NCBI GenBank assembly: GCA_045596245.1
Contig: JAZOBZ010000016.1
Coordinates: 766-64,765 of the forward strand
DNA from: Alistipes sp.
GTDB taxonomy: Bacteria > Bacteroidota > Bacteroidia > Bacteroidales > Rikenellaceae
Length of the DNA: 64,000 nt
Reading direction: 5' to 3'
Shown: in pieces, positions 45,929-56,609 of the stretch
How the letters are laid out: every line of letters starts with the position of its first letter
How positions within the stretch are numbered: the stretch's first letter is position 1
The notes under the pieces: model-generated
What the model saw: the letters and a program-made list of their open reading frames with translations, nothing else
What the model was told of the DNA's origin: nothing
Database searches by the model: none
Position numbers and translations under genes: made by a program

Positions 45929-47062
45929 TTATTTGTCGAAAGTTACGATAAATGCTTGTGGGAACTCTTTTCTTACCTCAACAATATATTTTTGAGCAGT
46001 GGCTTTATCTGAAAAGTTGCCGTAGCAATACTTATATCTCAATGCGCCTGCACCCTCTAACACCCAAACCTTTCCGCGAAGAGATTTTAGCTCTGGGTGG
46101 TCGGTAGGAATGCGCTTTACACTCGCCATAAGCTGTATGGAGTATCGCTTCTCTGTGGTCTGCACCTTCGTTTCAGGTTTTGCAACCTCCTGCTTTTGCA
46201 GCTTCTGTTCAGCGGTTGCCACCTGAGGTGTTGCACTATCCAAAAGTAACGAACGGCGGACATTCTCTACATACTGCTTTACGGCGCGGAATATCGCCCC
46301 TGCAACCTCTCTTTGTCCCTTCTCGGAGGTTATATGCTTCAAATCGGCAGGGTTAGACATAAAGCCTATCTCGGTCAATACGCTCGGCATATCTGTCGCA
46401 TAGAGCACTTTTAGTGGTTGTTTGCGAACACCTCTGTTGTTGTAGCCAAGTTTTGCATACTCCTCCTGAATAAGTCGCGCCATCATCTCGCTATACTCGC
46501 CGTATGTGAATTGCAGATTTTGAATGTAGGCTCTAACTATTGCCGCAGTCTTCTGGTCAGACATATCGAGCAACTCCTCTTTGTTGTTGAGGTAGAGAGC
46601 ATTCTGATTTACGCGCTGCTCCATCGAACTCTCGCCCATAATCAGGGTTTCGACACCTCGCACCTCACTGTTGCGGTGGGCGTTGGCGTGTATCGAGATA
46701 AAGAGGTCGCCTTCGTTGCGATGGGCAATATCGGCACGCGCCTGCAAGTCCTCCGAAAGAACACTCGAAAACATCTTATCCACCGTACGGGTATATACGA
46801 CCTTTACTTCGGGAAGATTTTTTTTGATAAGGTCGCCAAGTTTGAGTGCCACTTGCAGATTTATATCCTTTTCGGCTATATTCTTATAACTCGCACCCGG
46901 AAAGCGTGAGCCTCCATGTCCAGCATCAATAACAATAACCTTTACACCTTGCGCAACATTTTCTGCTCCAAATCCGTTGTAAGAAGATAGAATAGAAAAC
47001 ACTGCAAACAGCAGAGCAAAAATGGAGTGTATAGGTCGAAAGTTGGTCATAAAGTTTGTCAT
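45929..47062 (-). CDS. N-acetylmuramoyl-L-alanine amidase (Amidase_3) with SPOR-like C-terminus
   Basis: VIDAGHGG, EKDINL, FISIHAN and PSVLTEIGFMSN. Confidence 0.92.
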   Translation of the reverse strand: MTNFMTNFRPIHSIFALLFAVFSILSSYNGFGAENVAQGVKVIVIDAGHGGSRFPGASYKNIAEKDINLQVALKLGDLIKKNLPEVKVVYTRTVDKMFSSVLSEDLQARADIAHRNEGDLFISIHANAHRNSEVRGVETLIMGESSMEQRVNQNALYLNNKEELLDMSDQKTAAIVRAYIQNLQFTYGEYSEMMARLIQEEYAKLGYNNRGVRKQPLKVLYATDMPSVLTEIGFMSNPADLKHITSEKGQREVAGAIFRAVKQYVENVRRSLLLDSATPQVATAEQKLQKQEVAKPETKVQTTEKRYSIQLMASVKRIPTDHPELKSLRGKVWVLEGAGALRYKYCYGNFSDKATAQKYIVEVRKEFPQAFIVTFDK

Positions 47063-47168
47063 CTATACTTTTTTCATTATCTTTACGCGCCGAAAAAACG
47101 CGTGCCCGTGCGTACGGAGAGGCTTTTTAGGCGTTTTTGCCGACTTGTCGGCAAAGTTATAAAATTTT

Positions 47169-50006
47169 TTGGAATTTTTGAAACATTTTAGACTGAAATA
47201 TCTCGTTTTGTTGGTTATCGCTGTGGCGATGGCTCATGTCGTGCTTGGTTCGGCTAACCCACACCAACTTGCTGAGCAGAGTTTGGAGCAGATACGCAAG
47301 AGCGATTCATTGTCCCCGATAGCCACTGCTACAACGAGTGGAGATAGCACTGTCCAAAGTGATGGTCGTTCCTTGCGCCGTTCGCGCCGTTCAAGAAGGT
47401 TGAGAGATTCCATCTCTACGCCCTCTACGCCACTGCGCGACACCCTCGCAAAACCGGACAGCCTTGCAAAACCAGATAGCCTTGCTGTAAAACCTCTGTC
47501 TAAACGAGATACAACTGCCCGCAAGAAGAGTGGCTCGCCTATCGAGCAGATTATTACCGGAAAAAATAGCGACTCACTCTACTACGATGTTCTCAACAAA
47601 CGCGTTTATATCTACAATCAAGGCGATGTCAAGTACGATAATATGGGGCTGCAAGCCGACTATATGCAGATTGATATGGCGACAAAGGAGATATATGCGT
47701 ATGGAAAAGCCGATTCGGTTGATGGCAAGCCAAAGAACACCCACCCTGTATTTAACGAGGGAGGTTCGTCATATACGATGGATACCATCACCTACAACTT
47801 TGGCTCGAAAAAGGCATTTATTCAGGGAGTGGCAACACAAGAGGGTGATGGCTGGTTGGTCGGTGGACAGATTAAGAAGATGCCCGACAACTCCATCAAT
47901 ATCCGTCAGGGTAAATATACCACCTGCGACCATACAGACCACCCACACTTCTACCTTGCAATGACAAAGGCAAAGGTTATTCCCGGCAAGAAGATTATCA
48001 CAGGACCTGCATATCTGGTATTAGAGGATGTTCCTATCTACTTTGCTTGTATTCCTGAGGGTTTCTTCCCGATAAATCTTGGTCCAAAATCGGGACTATT
48101 GATGCCTTCGTACGGTGAAGATGCTTCGCGAGGCTTCTTCATTAGAGGCTTGGGCTACTACTTTATTTTGAGTAAACATATTGACCTCGCCCTCACGGGA
48201 GGTATCTATACGCTCGGCTCATGGGAGGTAAGCGCCTCATCGCGCTATACGAAGCGATATAAATTTCGTGGAAATGTCAACTTTAACTTCTCGTCAATCA
48301 AGACGGGAGATAAGGGTGAGCCAGACTATATCAAGCAGAACAACTTTCGCTTCACTTGGACCCATTCACAAGACCCTAAGGCAAATCCGGGCTCGACTTT
48401 CTCCGCTTCGGTAAACCTCTCTTCGAGTGGTTATTCTAAGTACTCGGCAACCACATTGAATGATATCCTCGCCACGCAGACCAACTCCACCATCTCCTAT
48501 TCGAAGAGTTGGGCTGGTACACCATTCTCGCTCTCTATGAACTTATCGGTATCGCAGAACTCACAGACTCGACAGTTGGCAGTTACATTGCCAAACATCG
48601 TCTTCAATGTGGCGCGTGTCTATCCGTTCAAGCGCAAAGATGCGATGGGCAAGCAGCGTTGGTACGAAAAGATTGGTTTTACCTATTCGGCAAAACTTAC
48701 CAACTCGGTATCTTCGCCTGAGAAGGACCTCTTCACAATGCAGACTTTGAAGAATATGCGTAACGGAGTGGAGCATACATTGCCTATTTCGACATCAATA
48801 AACCTCTTCAAGTACATAAACATATCGCCGTCATTTAACTACTCGGAGCGTTGGTACTTCTCGCGCCAAAATCAGCAATGGAATCCGGAAACCAACCAAG
48901 TCGAAACACTCGACCCTGAGTATGGATTTTATCGTATCTATAACTATAACGCATCGATATCGGCAAATACCACTATCTATGGCATGTGGCAGATGAAGAA
49001 AAAGACGGCAAAGGTACAGGCGGTGCGTCATACTATCACACCGCAAGTCGGATTCTCGTATGCGCCAGATTTCAGCAAGCAGAAGTATGGATACTACAAG
49101 ACCGTACAGACCGACTCGCTCGGTAGTTACAAAGTCTATTCGCCATACTCTAACCAGCCTTATGGTGTACCGGGCGCAGGACAGCAGGCAAACCTCAACT
49201 TCTCGCTCTCGCAGTCGCTCGAAATGAAGGTTTTGAGCAAGCGCGATACTTCGGGTGTGAAGAAGATTAAACTTATTGATGAGTTGCGTGTAAGCGGCTC
49301 ATACAACTTCCTTGCCGACTCACTCGGTTTGTCGAATATCCCTATTTCGTTCCGTACAACCATCTACGGTAATTTCGGTATCAACCTTACGGTAACGCTC
49401 GACCCTTACGAGGTAACACCACAAGGTGTACGCATCAACAAGTTGATGATTAGACGAGGTCTGCTTGGTCGTGTTACAAATACGGGTTGGAGTTTTGGTT
49501 ATACCTTCAAATCACGACAAGATAAATCCACCCCTGCGGTAAACGATATCAACACCATACCGCCTGAATACTTCAATCCATTCTCCGACCCTTATGGATT
49601 GATGGACCCTACACTGCGAAGGCACTATATGGCAAGTTCCTACTACGACTTCTCGATACCATGGAATATCGGATTCAACTATGTTATCAGTTACGGAATA
49701 TCTTATGTCAATAACGGCACTACGGGCTACAAGAAAAATGTGTCGCAGACAATAGGTTTCAATGGCAGTGTCAATCTGACACCAAAGACGGGTATCTCGT
49801 TTACGACAGGTTTTGATATACAAAACAGAAAATTGACAACGACTTCAATCTCCATAACGCGAGATTTGCACTGTTGGCAGATGTCCTTTATTTGGATTCC
49901 GTTCGGCATGCACCGCAGTTGGAGTTTCAATATCGGAGTTAAGGCTTCTTCACTTGCCGACTTAAAGTATGATAAGAGCCAATCGATGTACGATAACCTC
50001 TTCTAA
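47169..50006 (+). CDS. lptD: Putative LPS-assembly protein LptD (Bacteroidota type)
   Basis: OstA-like N-terminal region, YTTCD...HPHFY, SGLLMPSYGE and C-terminal RDLHCW...LADLKYDK. The TTG start is uncertain. Confidence 0.8.
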   Translation: MEFLKHFRLKYLVLLVIAVAMAHVVLGSANPHQLAEQSLEQIRKSDSLSPIATATTSGDSTVQSDGRSLRRSRRSRRLRDSISTPSTPLRDTLAKPDSLAKPDSLAVKPLSKRDTTARKKSGSPIEQIITGKNSDSLYYDVLNKRVYIYNQGDVKYDNMGLQADYMQIDMATKEIYAYGKADSVDGKPKNTHPVFNEGGSSYTMDTITYNFGSKKAFIQGVATQEGDGWLVGGQIKKMPDNSINIRQGKYTTCDHTDHPHFYLAMTKAKVIPGKKIITGPAYLVLEDVPIYFACIPEGFFPINLGPKSGLLMPSYGEDASRGFFIRGLGYYFILSKHIDLALTGGIYTLGSWEVSASSRYTKRYKFRGNVNFNFSSIKTGDKGEPDYIKQNNFRFTWTHSQDPKANPGSTFSASVNLSSSGYSKYSATTLNDILATQTNSTISYSKSWAGTPFSLSMNLSVSQNSQTRQLAVTLPNIVFNVARVYPFKRKDAMGKQRWYEKIGFTYSAKLTNSVSSPEKDLFTMQTLKNMRNGVEHTLPISTSINLFKYINISPSFNYSERWYFSRQNQQWNPETNQVETLDPEYGFYRIYNYNASISANTTIYGMWQMKKKTAKVQAVRHTITPQVGFSYAPDFSKQKYGYYKTVQTDSLGSYKVYSPYSNQPYGVPGAGQQANLNFSLSQSLEMKVLSKRDTSGVKKIKLIDELRVSGSYNFLADSLGLSNIPISFRTTIYGNFGINLTVTLDPYEVTPQGVRINKLMIRRGLLGRVTNTGWSFGYTFKSRQDKSTPAVNDINTIPPEYFNPFSDPYGLMDPTLRRHYMASSYYDFSIPWNIGFNYVISYGISYVNNGTTGYKKNVSQTIGFNGSVNLTPKTGISFTTGFDIQNRKLTTTSISITRDLHCWQMSFIWIPFGMHRSWSFNIGVKASSLADLKYDKSQSMYDNLF

Positions 50007-50076
50007 TCGAGGGAGGAATTTAAACGGTACATCTTTTGTTTAAGTATAGTTACAAAGAACAATAAATTTAGCAAAT

Positions 50077-50700
50077 ATGACAAAGAAAACATCAGAGAAT
50101 CAGGTTGTTGAGGAGAAAGAGGGCTTTGCAAGCGGAGATGGTTATCCCAACTGCGAGGGTGAGCCTTGTGCCAATATGGCAGAGGAGACGAAAGACGAAA
50201 CTGACACTGTGGCAGAGGAGAGTGTTGCTGCCGAGCAGACCGAGGATACTCCAAAGACAGAGGATACTCCAAAGACAGAGGAGATAGATTGGAAAGACCG
50301 CTATATCCGTTTGCAGGCGGAGTTCGACAACTTCCGTAAGCGTACCTTGCGTGAGAAGATGGCTCTTATCGAGTCGGGCGGTAGTGATGTCTGGAAGGCT
50401 GTATTGCCTGTGCTTGATGATATGGAGCGTGCTATTGCCGCATCGGAGAAGAGCGAGGATATTGCCGCTTTGCGCGAGGGCGAGAAGCTTATCTACAACA
50501 AGTTTGTCGATATTATGCGACAGAAGGGTGTTGTGGCTATTGAGGCTCTTGATACCGAGTTTAACCCCGATTTACACGAGGCTGTGGCGCGATTTGCTGC
50601 TGGTGAGGAGAAGTCGGGCAAGGTTATAGATGTGATACAGCAGGGCTACAAGCAGGGCGAGCAGGTGTTACGCTATGCAAAGGTCGTTGTTGGAGAGTAA
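50077..50700 (+). CDS. grpE: Nucleotide exchange factor GrpE
   Basis: RLQAEFDNFRKR, LPVLDDMERA, FNPDLHEAV and GY...LRYAKVVV. Confidence 0.96.
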   Translation: MTKKTSENQVVEEKEGFASGDGYPNCEGEPCANMAEETKDETDTVAEESVAAEQTEDTPKTEDTPKTEEIDWKDRYIRLQAEFDNFRKRTLREKMALIESGGSDVWKAVLPVLDDMERAIAASEKSEDIAALREGEKLIYNKFVDIMRQKGVVAIEALDTEFNPDLHEAVARFAAGEEKSGKVIDVIQQGYKQGEQVLRYAKVVVGE

Positions 50701-50705
50701 TATTT

Positions 50706-50807
50706 AGACGAGAGACGAGGGACGAGGGACGAAAGAAAATAATCAAATAAAAACGATTTATCGTTTTACCTTTAATTGTCAATTCTCAATTGTCAATTGT
50801 CAATTAT
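50706..50807 (+). repeat. Two different 7-bp arrays in the grpE-dnaJ spacer (50706-50733 and 50773-50807)
   Basis: agacgag agacgag ggacgag ggacgaa, then taattgt caattct caattgt caattgt caattat. Confidence 0.8.
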
Positions 50808-50816
50808 AAAAGATTT

Positions 50817-51992
50817 ATGGCAGAGAAAAGAGATTACTATGAGGTGTTGGGCGTTGAGAAGAACGCCAATGCCGATGAGATAAAAAAGGCGTATCGCAAG
50901 GCTGCGATAAAGTATCACCCTGATAAAAATCCGGGTGGTAAGGAGGCTGAGGAGAAGTTCAAGGAGGCAGCCGAGGCGTACGATGTATTGTCGAACGAGG
51001 AGAAGCGTGCCCGCTACGACCGCTTTGGTCATGCAGGAATGTCGGGTGCCGGTGGAGCAGGTGGCTTCGGCGGCGGCTTCGGCGGAGGAGGATTCACGAT
51101 GGAGGATATCTTCTCGCAGTTTGGCGATATCTTCGGAGGTCACTTTGGCGGCGGTTTCAGCGGTGGTGGCTTTGGTGGCGGTCGTGGCGGTCGCTCGGTA
51201 AATCGTGGCTCGGATATCAGAGTGCGCATTAAACTCACGCTTGCCGAGATTGCCAACGGCACAACCAAGAAGATTAAAGTCAATAAATATATCGCCTGCG
51301 ATAAGTGCGGCGGTAACGGAGCAAAAGATGCTTCATCTTATTCGACCTGCTCAAATTGTGGCGGTTCAGGATATGTTGTAACGGTACAAAACACCTTCTT
51401 CGGCCGTATGCAGTCGCAGTCGGTATGTCCTACTTGTGGCGGCGAGGGCAAGGTTATCACTGCCAAGTGCGATAAGTGCGGTGGCGAGGGCTACATCAAG
51501 GGCTCGGAGGTTATCGAGATAAATGTTCCGGCAGGTGTTGGTGAAGGTATGGCTCTGACCGTTTCGGGCAAGGGAAATGCTGCGCGTCATGGCGGTATCA
51601 ACGGCGACTTGATTGTTGTTATCGAGGAGGAGCACAATCCTGAACTTCTGCGTGATGGCAATAACCTTATTCACAATCTCAACATAACCGTTGCTACGGC
51701 AATTCTTGGTGGCGAGGTTGAGGTGCCGACCATTGAGGGCAAGGCAAAGATTAAAATTGCCGCAGGAACACACGCCGGTAAGGTGTTGCGTCTGCGTGGC
51801 AAGGGTTTGCCCGATGTAAATGGCTATGGTCGTGGAGATATTATGGTTGTGGTAGATATAACTATCCCTACATCACTCACCTCTGAGGAGAAGGAGTTGG
51901 TTAAGAAACTCTCCGAAAAACCTCACTTCAAGGAGGCAGAGTCGGTGGAGAACCAGAATATCTTCGAGAGAATGAAAAACTTTTTTAGATAA
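50817..51992 (+). CDS. dnaJ: Chaperone DnaJ
   Basis: J domain with HPD, G/F-rich region and four CxxCxGxG repeats. Confidence 0.97.
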   Translation: MAEKRDYYEVLGVEKNANADEIKKAYRKAAIKYHPDKNPGGKEAEEKFKEAAEAYDVLSNEEKRARYDRFGHAGMSGAGGAGGFGGGFGGGGFTMEDIFSQFGDIFGGHFGGGFSGGGFGGGRGGRSVNRGSDIRVRIKLTLAEIANGTTKKIKVNKYIACDKCGGNGAKDASSYSTCSNCGGSGYVVTVQNTFFGRMQSQSVCPTCGGEGKVITAKCDKCGGEGYIKGSEVIEINVPAGVGEGMALTVSGKGNAARHGGINGDLIVVIEEEHNPELLRDGNNLIHNLNITVATAILGGEVEVPTIEGKAKIKIAAGTHAGKVLRLRGKGLPDVNGYGRGDIMVVVDITIPTSLTSEEKELVKKLSEKPHFKEAESVENQNIFERMKNFFR

Positions 51993-52061
51993 GTGAGTAG
52001 TGAGTAGTTGAAAATGACTCTCAAATAGTTAGGAGATAGGAGAGAATGCAGAATTAAAAAA

Positions 52062-52096
52062 TAATTCTCAATTCTTAATTTTTAATTTTTAATTTA
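52062..52096 (+). repeat. 5 x 7-bp repeat upstream of the 52114 gene
   Basis: taattct caattct taatttt taatttt taattta. Confidence 0.7.
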
Positions 52097-52113
52097 GCCA
52101 ACGGCTAAAAATT

Positions 52114-52518
52114 ATGGGACTTTTCACGCCGGTAAAGAGACACGCCAATAAGTTTCGCTATATTCCGCGTTACTACGACCCCGAGAAGGAGCGCCGTGAG
52201 CAGCGCCGCCGCGAATTGCACGGAACATCTTCCGAGCAGGAGGGGCAAGAGTATCAGCCGGGGCAGTATATCCGCACACAGCGCGATGCAAGGCGTGCCG
52301 CAAAGAGCAGCAACAAGGGCGGTCGTAAAACGCCTTCGATGATGTTTTTGATGCTGTTTGCAGTGCTGGTGATAATTGTCTATATGCTCTATCCTCGCAT
52401 TGTCGAGGCACTCTCTTCGGCTCGCATGTCGCCCGAGGAGCAGGCACAGCAGGAGATAGAGGAGTTCAACCCATATACACCGATTACGATAGTACCAAAC
52501 GATTATAAGGAGGAGTAG
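52114..52518 (+). CDS. Hypothetical single-pass membrane protein
   Basis: FRYIPRYYDPEKE motif and one TM helix, immediately upstream of mutL. Confidence 0.7.
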   Translation: MGLFTPVKRHANKFRYIPRYYDPEKERREQRRRELHGTSSEQEGQEYQPGQYIRTQRDARRAAKSSNKGGRKTPSMMFLMLFAVLVIIVYMLYPRIVEALSSARMSPEEQAQQEIEEFNPYTPITIVPNDYKEE

Positions 52519-52520
52519 AA

Positions 52521-54401
52521 GTGGCAGATTGCATTAAGTTACTACCCGAAATAGTTGCAAACCAAATCAAGGCGGGCGAGGTTGTCGAATCCCCTTCATC
52601 GGTGGTGAAGGAGATGATGGAGAATGCCATAGATGCAGGGGCTACGGAGGTTACCGTAAACTATGTGAATGGCGGTCGCGACCTTGTGCAGATTATCGAC
52701 AACGGACGAGGTATGTCGCCCATCGATGCGCGTATGGCGTTCGAGTGTCATGCAACGAGCAAGATTACATCGCTTGACGACATCTACGCTCTGCATACAT
52801 TCGGTTTCCGTGGCGAGGCTCTGTCCTCCATTTCGGCAGTGTCGCAAGTGGAGTTGATAACCCGTCAGGCAGATTGCGAGGTGGGTACGCAGACCATCAT
52901 AAATGGTGGCGAGTTCGTGTCGCAAACCCCTACGGCTGCACCTGTCGGCTCGCAGTTCTTGGTGCGTAACCTCTTCTATAATACTCCGGCACGAAGAAAG
53001 TTTATCAATAGCAAGGAGTCTTCGTTATCCTCGGATATTAAGCGTGAGTTTCGCCGTGTGGCACTCTGCCACCCCGAGGTGGCGTGTACGCTTTTGAACA
53101 ATAGCGCACCGATATACTCTCTGCCCGAATCTTCGCTCGTGGAGCGTATCGTGGGCATTATGGGCAATGCCACAAGACGCAACTTGTTGGAGGTAGATGT
53201 CGAGACGACTATCGCCAAGGTTAAAGGCTATGTCGGTCGCCCAGAAACAGCCCGCAACAATTCGAGCGAGCAGTATATGTTCGTAAATGGAAGATTCTTC
53301 CGTTCGCCATATCTCAACAAGGCGGTAACGAAGGCGTATGAGAAGTTGATACCGGAGAAGGGCTATCCGTCATTCTTCCTCTATATCGAGGTCGATACGG
53401 AGCGTGTCGATGTCAATGTTCACGCCCAAAAGACCGAGGTTAAGTTTGCCGATAACGAGGCTATATGGCAGATATTGAATGCGGCTGTGCGTGAAACACT
53501 CGCCAAGAATGGTGCGATGCCTATGATAGACTTCGAGATTGAGGAGTCTGTGGATATTCCTGTGGCAACATCGGGTATCAGATATGCCGAGCCACTCTCA
53601 ACCAATTGGGAGCACTACAACCCCTTTGCCGAAGGATTCGAAACAGGTGAAGTACAATCTGCAAAGAGTAGAGAGAGTACAATTAGCGAAGGTGGCTGGT
53701 CTGCAACACCGACCGTTTCGGCAGAGTTCGATTTAACCTCCTCGGCAGAGTTTGAAGCAAACTCCCCGCAAGCTTCGGATTTTGGATTTGACTATTTTGA
53801 ATCGGGCGAAGGAGAGGATCAATCGTTAAATCTGAGTGGTGGCGAAGAGGTCGTAAATATAGCTCTCTGCGGAGGTCGTTATGCCGTAGCAACATATACA
53901 AGCAAGGTTTTGTTTATAGATCTATCGAGAGCACAAGAAAGAGTGCTATATAATAACTATGCAAAATCTTTGCATAGCGGTCATTCGGTATCACAACAGC
54001 TCCTTTTCCCAGAGGTATTGACACTGACGGAGGAGGAGTACGACCTTATGGAGGAGTACGCCGTAGATTTTGCCTCGTTAGGCTTCGACATTAAGACGAA
54101 GGAGGGAAACACGATAGAGGTTTTTGGTATTCCGTCAGATATTACTACCGAACAACTCGATAAAACGATATATGAACTTTTGCAGAGTTTGAAGCTTCCA
54201 CAGTCAATAGCAGAGCTTCGCCGCAATGACTTGGCCCAGACATTGGCGTTCAATGCTTCAATCGGACACACCCACTTTTCGCAGGAAGAAGCAGAGTTCC
54301 TTATAGCACAAATAGAGACATTGGGCGAGAGTTACACTCCGAAGGGAAGACGCATTGTTGTTTCATTTGGCATGTCGGATATTAAAAAACTATTAGAGTA
54401 A
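52521..54401 (+). CDS. mutL: DNA mismatch repair endonuclease MutL
   Basis: NQIKAGEVVE, IIDNGRGM, HATSKI, GFRGEAL, DVNVHAQKTEVKF and QQLLFP. Confidence 0.96.
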   Translation: MADCIKLLPEIVANQIKAGEVVESPSSVVKEMMENAIDAGATEVTVNYVNGGRDLVQIIDNGRGMSPIDARMAFECHATSKITSLDDIYALHTFGFRGEALSSISAVSQVELITRQADCEVGTQTIINGGEFVSQTPTAAPVGSQFLVRNLFYNTPARRKFINSKESSLSSDIKREFRRVALCHPEVACTLLNNSAPIYSLPESSLVERIVGIMGNATRRNLLEVDVETTIAKVKGYVGRPETARNNSSEQYMFVNGRFFRSPYLNKAVTKAYEKLIPEKGYPSFFLYIEVDTERVDVNVHAQKTEVKFADNEAIWQILNAAVRETLAKNGAMPMIDFEIEESVDIPVATSGIRYAEPLSTNWEHYNPFAEGFETGEVQSAKSRESTISEGGWSATPTVSAEFDLTSSAEFEANSPQASDFGFDYFESGEGEDQSLNLSGGEEVVNIALCGGRYAVATYTSKVLFIDLSRAQERVLYNNYAKSLHSGHSVSQQLLFPEVLTLTEEEYDLMEEYAVDFASLGFDIKTKEGNTIEVFGIPSDITTEQLDKTIYELLQSLKLPQSIAELRRNDLAQTLAFNASIGHTHFSQEEAEFLIAQIETLGESYTPKGRRIVVSFGMSDIKKLLE

Positions 54402-54407
54402 TTGTTT

Positions 54408-55019
54408 ATGAATCCCTATTTCAAGACACCTCCTGTGGTGCAAAATCTTATAATTGCCAACTGCGTAATCTATTTGGCGATGTCGTTAATACCCACAGTA
54501 AATCACTTCTGCGCGGAGTATCTGCAATTGTGGTGGGTGGGTGCGCCATACTTCCATAGTTACCAATTCGTAACCTATATGTTCCTACATGGAGGTTTCG
54601 GACACCTCTTCTCGAATATGTTTGCGTTGTGGATGTTCGGTCGCACTTTGGAGTACGAACTCGGCTCGAAACGCTTCTTGACCTACTATATGGTGTGCGG
54701 TATCGGTGCAGCTCTGTTGCAGATGGGGATTGCAGCCCTTACCGGTGAGGTCTATTTCCGCTTGGTGGGCGCATCGGGTGCGGTCATGGGTTTGCTGCTC
54801 GCTTTTGGCGTTATGCACCCAAATAATATGATATACATCATTCCGCTTCCGTTCCCGATTAAGGCAAAGTGGTTTGTTCTTGGCTATGCTGTATTGGAGA
54901 TTGCGCTCGGCTGGTCGGGAGCAAATACGGGTATTGCCCATTTCGCTCATGTCGGAGGCATGTTGTGGGGATTGGTTCTACTCTTCTGGTGGCGTAAACG
55001 AGGTAAGATTTTTTTCTAA
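54408..55019 (+). CDS. Rhomboid intramembrane serine protease
   Basis: YMFLHGGFGHLFSNM, VGASGA and IAHFAHVGG. Confidence 0.93.
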   Translation: MNPYFKTPPVVQNLIIANCVIYLAMSLIPTVNHFCAEYLQLWWVGAPYFHSYQFVTYMFLHGGFGHLFSNMFALWMFGRTLEYELGSKRFLTYYMVCGIGAALLQMGIAALTGEVYFRLVGASGAVMGLLLAFGVMHPNNMIYIIPLPFPIKAKWFVLGYAVLEIALGWSGANTGIAHFAHVGGMLWGLVLLFWWRKRGKIFF

Positions 55020-55025
55020 AAGAGC

Positions 55026-56144
55026 ATGGCGGAGTATTACACCAATAGTATCGGTAGAGGCAAAAAGCGGAGGAGAAGGTCGCGTAGTGGCAAAGAGTTT
55101 TTGCTTTCACTGATAGACCTTGTAGCAACAATAATTATGTTGTTGTTACTCTTCTTGACCATCACAGCCATTGTGTGCCAATATGTTTCGCCTGAAAAGA
55201 GTGGAGTATTGTCTATTATCGCCCTTGGAGCCCCAATAATCTATCTGCTTGATATAGTCATAATGTTCTACTGGGTGGTGCGTTGGCGTTGGTATCGCGC
55301 GATGGTAATGATTGCTACTGTTGCTGTGGGACTTTTCTATTTGCCACGCTACTACAAAATAGAGATTGACCGTAAATATGACACCTCGTTCAGAGAGCAT
55401 AGATATACCAAGATTATGACCTACAATGTTCGCGAGGGGAAGAAAGAGGGATTGGCTGAGTATATCAAAAAGCACAATCCGGATATACTCTGCTTGCAGG
55501 AGATAAACATAGGTGGCGACAATTGGAACACTCTGACCGAGAGCTACAAAACTACATATATGCCAAAAGTTTGCATAGGTGGTAATCAGATATTATCGAA
55601 ATATCGAATTATTCGCAGTGGCGGTGTAGATACTTTGGAGCACAGATGTTGTGTATGGGCAGACTTGAAGGTTAAAAACGACACGATAAGGGTTGTAAGC
55701 CTACATTTGCAAACAACCTCCATCAGCCCTAAGGACACTCAGTTTATAGAGCACCACGAATATATTTCCGATAAGGAGCGTGATAGCAAGTTACGCAGCA
55801 TTGTAGAGCGTTTGGTAGAGAACAATCGCAAGAGAGCCTCGCAGGCGCAATTGGTCGCTGATTTTTTGGACAAATCGCCATATACAACCATTGTCTGCGG
55901 AGATTTTAATGATGTTCCTCTCTCCTATACCTATAATAGTATAGCAAAAGAACTTGACGATACATTTTCAAAGATGGCAGATGGTTTCGCCTATACTTAC
56001 AATATGAAGTATGGATTGTTGCGTATAGACAATATATTGGTATCACCATCGGTCGAGGTTGTGTCGTATGAAGTAGATAATAGTGTGGATTTCTCGGACC
56101 ACTATCCCGTAATATCAAGAGTGAAGTTTAACCAAAATATATAA
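55026..56144 (+). CDS. Membrane-anchored endonuclease/exonuclease/phosphatase family protein
   Basis: N-terminal TMs, MTYNV, DILCLQE, CGDFND, RIDNI and SDHYPV. Confidence 0.9.
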   Translation: MAEYYTNSIGRGKKRRRRSRSGKEFLLSLIDLVATIIMLLLLFLTITAIVCQYVSPEKSGVLSIIALGAPIIYLLDIVIMFYWVVRWRWYRAMVMIATVAVGLFYLPRYYKIEIDRKYDTSFREHRYTKIMTYNVREGKKEGLAEYIKKHNPDILCLQEINIGGDNWNTLTESYKTTYMPKVCIGGNQILSKYRIIRSGGVDTLEHRCCVWADLKVKNDTIRVVSLHLQTTSISPKDTQFIEHHEYISDKERDSKLRSIVERLVENNRKRASQAQLVADFLDKSPYTTIVCGDFNDVPLSYTYNSIAKELDDTFSKMADGFAYTYNMKYGLLRIDNILVSPSVEVVSYEVDNSVDFSDHYPVISRVKFNQNI

Positions 56145-56146
56145 CT

Positions 56147-56593
56147 ATGATTTTAGATGCTATAAAAAATGCCGAGTTGTACTACTCACTCTCGCCACGC
56201 ATTAAGCAGGCTTTTGATTGGTTGGCACAGACAGATGTCGAGGCATTGAGCGAAGGTCGTCACTATATAGATGGCGACAACCTCTTTGTAAATGTTATGG
56301 ATGTGGAGTTGAAACAGCGCGAAGCCGCTGCTCTTGAAGTGCATGACCGCTATGTCGATATTCAGATTATGGTTGGTGAGAGAGAGGAGTATGGTTGGAG
56401 TGAGCGTTGCAACTGTCATTCTCCGCGCGAAGAGTTTAATCGCGAACGCGATGTACAGTTCTTTACCGATACTCCACAGACCTTCTTCTCGTTGAACGAG
56501 CAACAATTCGCCATCTTCTTCCCCGAAGATGCCCATGCGCCAATGTTGGGAGAGGGCTCAGTGCGTAAGTTGATATTTAAGTTAATTCTCTAA
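56147..56593 (+). CDS. YhcH/YjgK/YiaL family protein
   Basis: LEVHDRYVDIQ and FAIFFPEDAHAP. Confidence 0.9.
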   Translation: MILDAIKNAELYYSLSPRIKQAFDWLAQTDVEALSEGRHYIDGDNLFVNVMDVELKQREAAALEVHDRYVDIQIMVGEREEYGWSERCNCHSPREEFNRERDVQFFTDTPQTFFSLNEQQFAIFFPEDAHAPMLGEGSVRKLIFKLIL

Positions 56594-56609
56594 TCTCTCC
56601 GAGAGATAG

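Noticed and set aside
50242-50281. 18-bp tandem duplication in grpE
   Set aside because: In-frame repeat in the variable, disordered N-terminus; ordinary.
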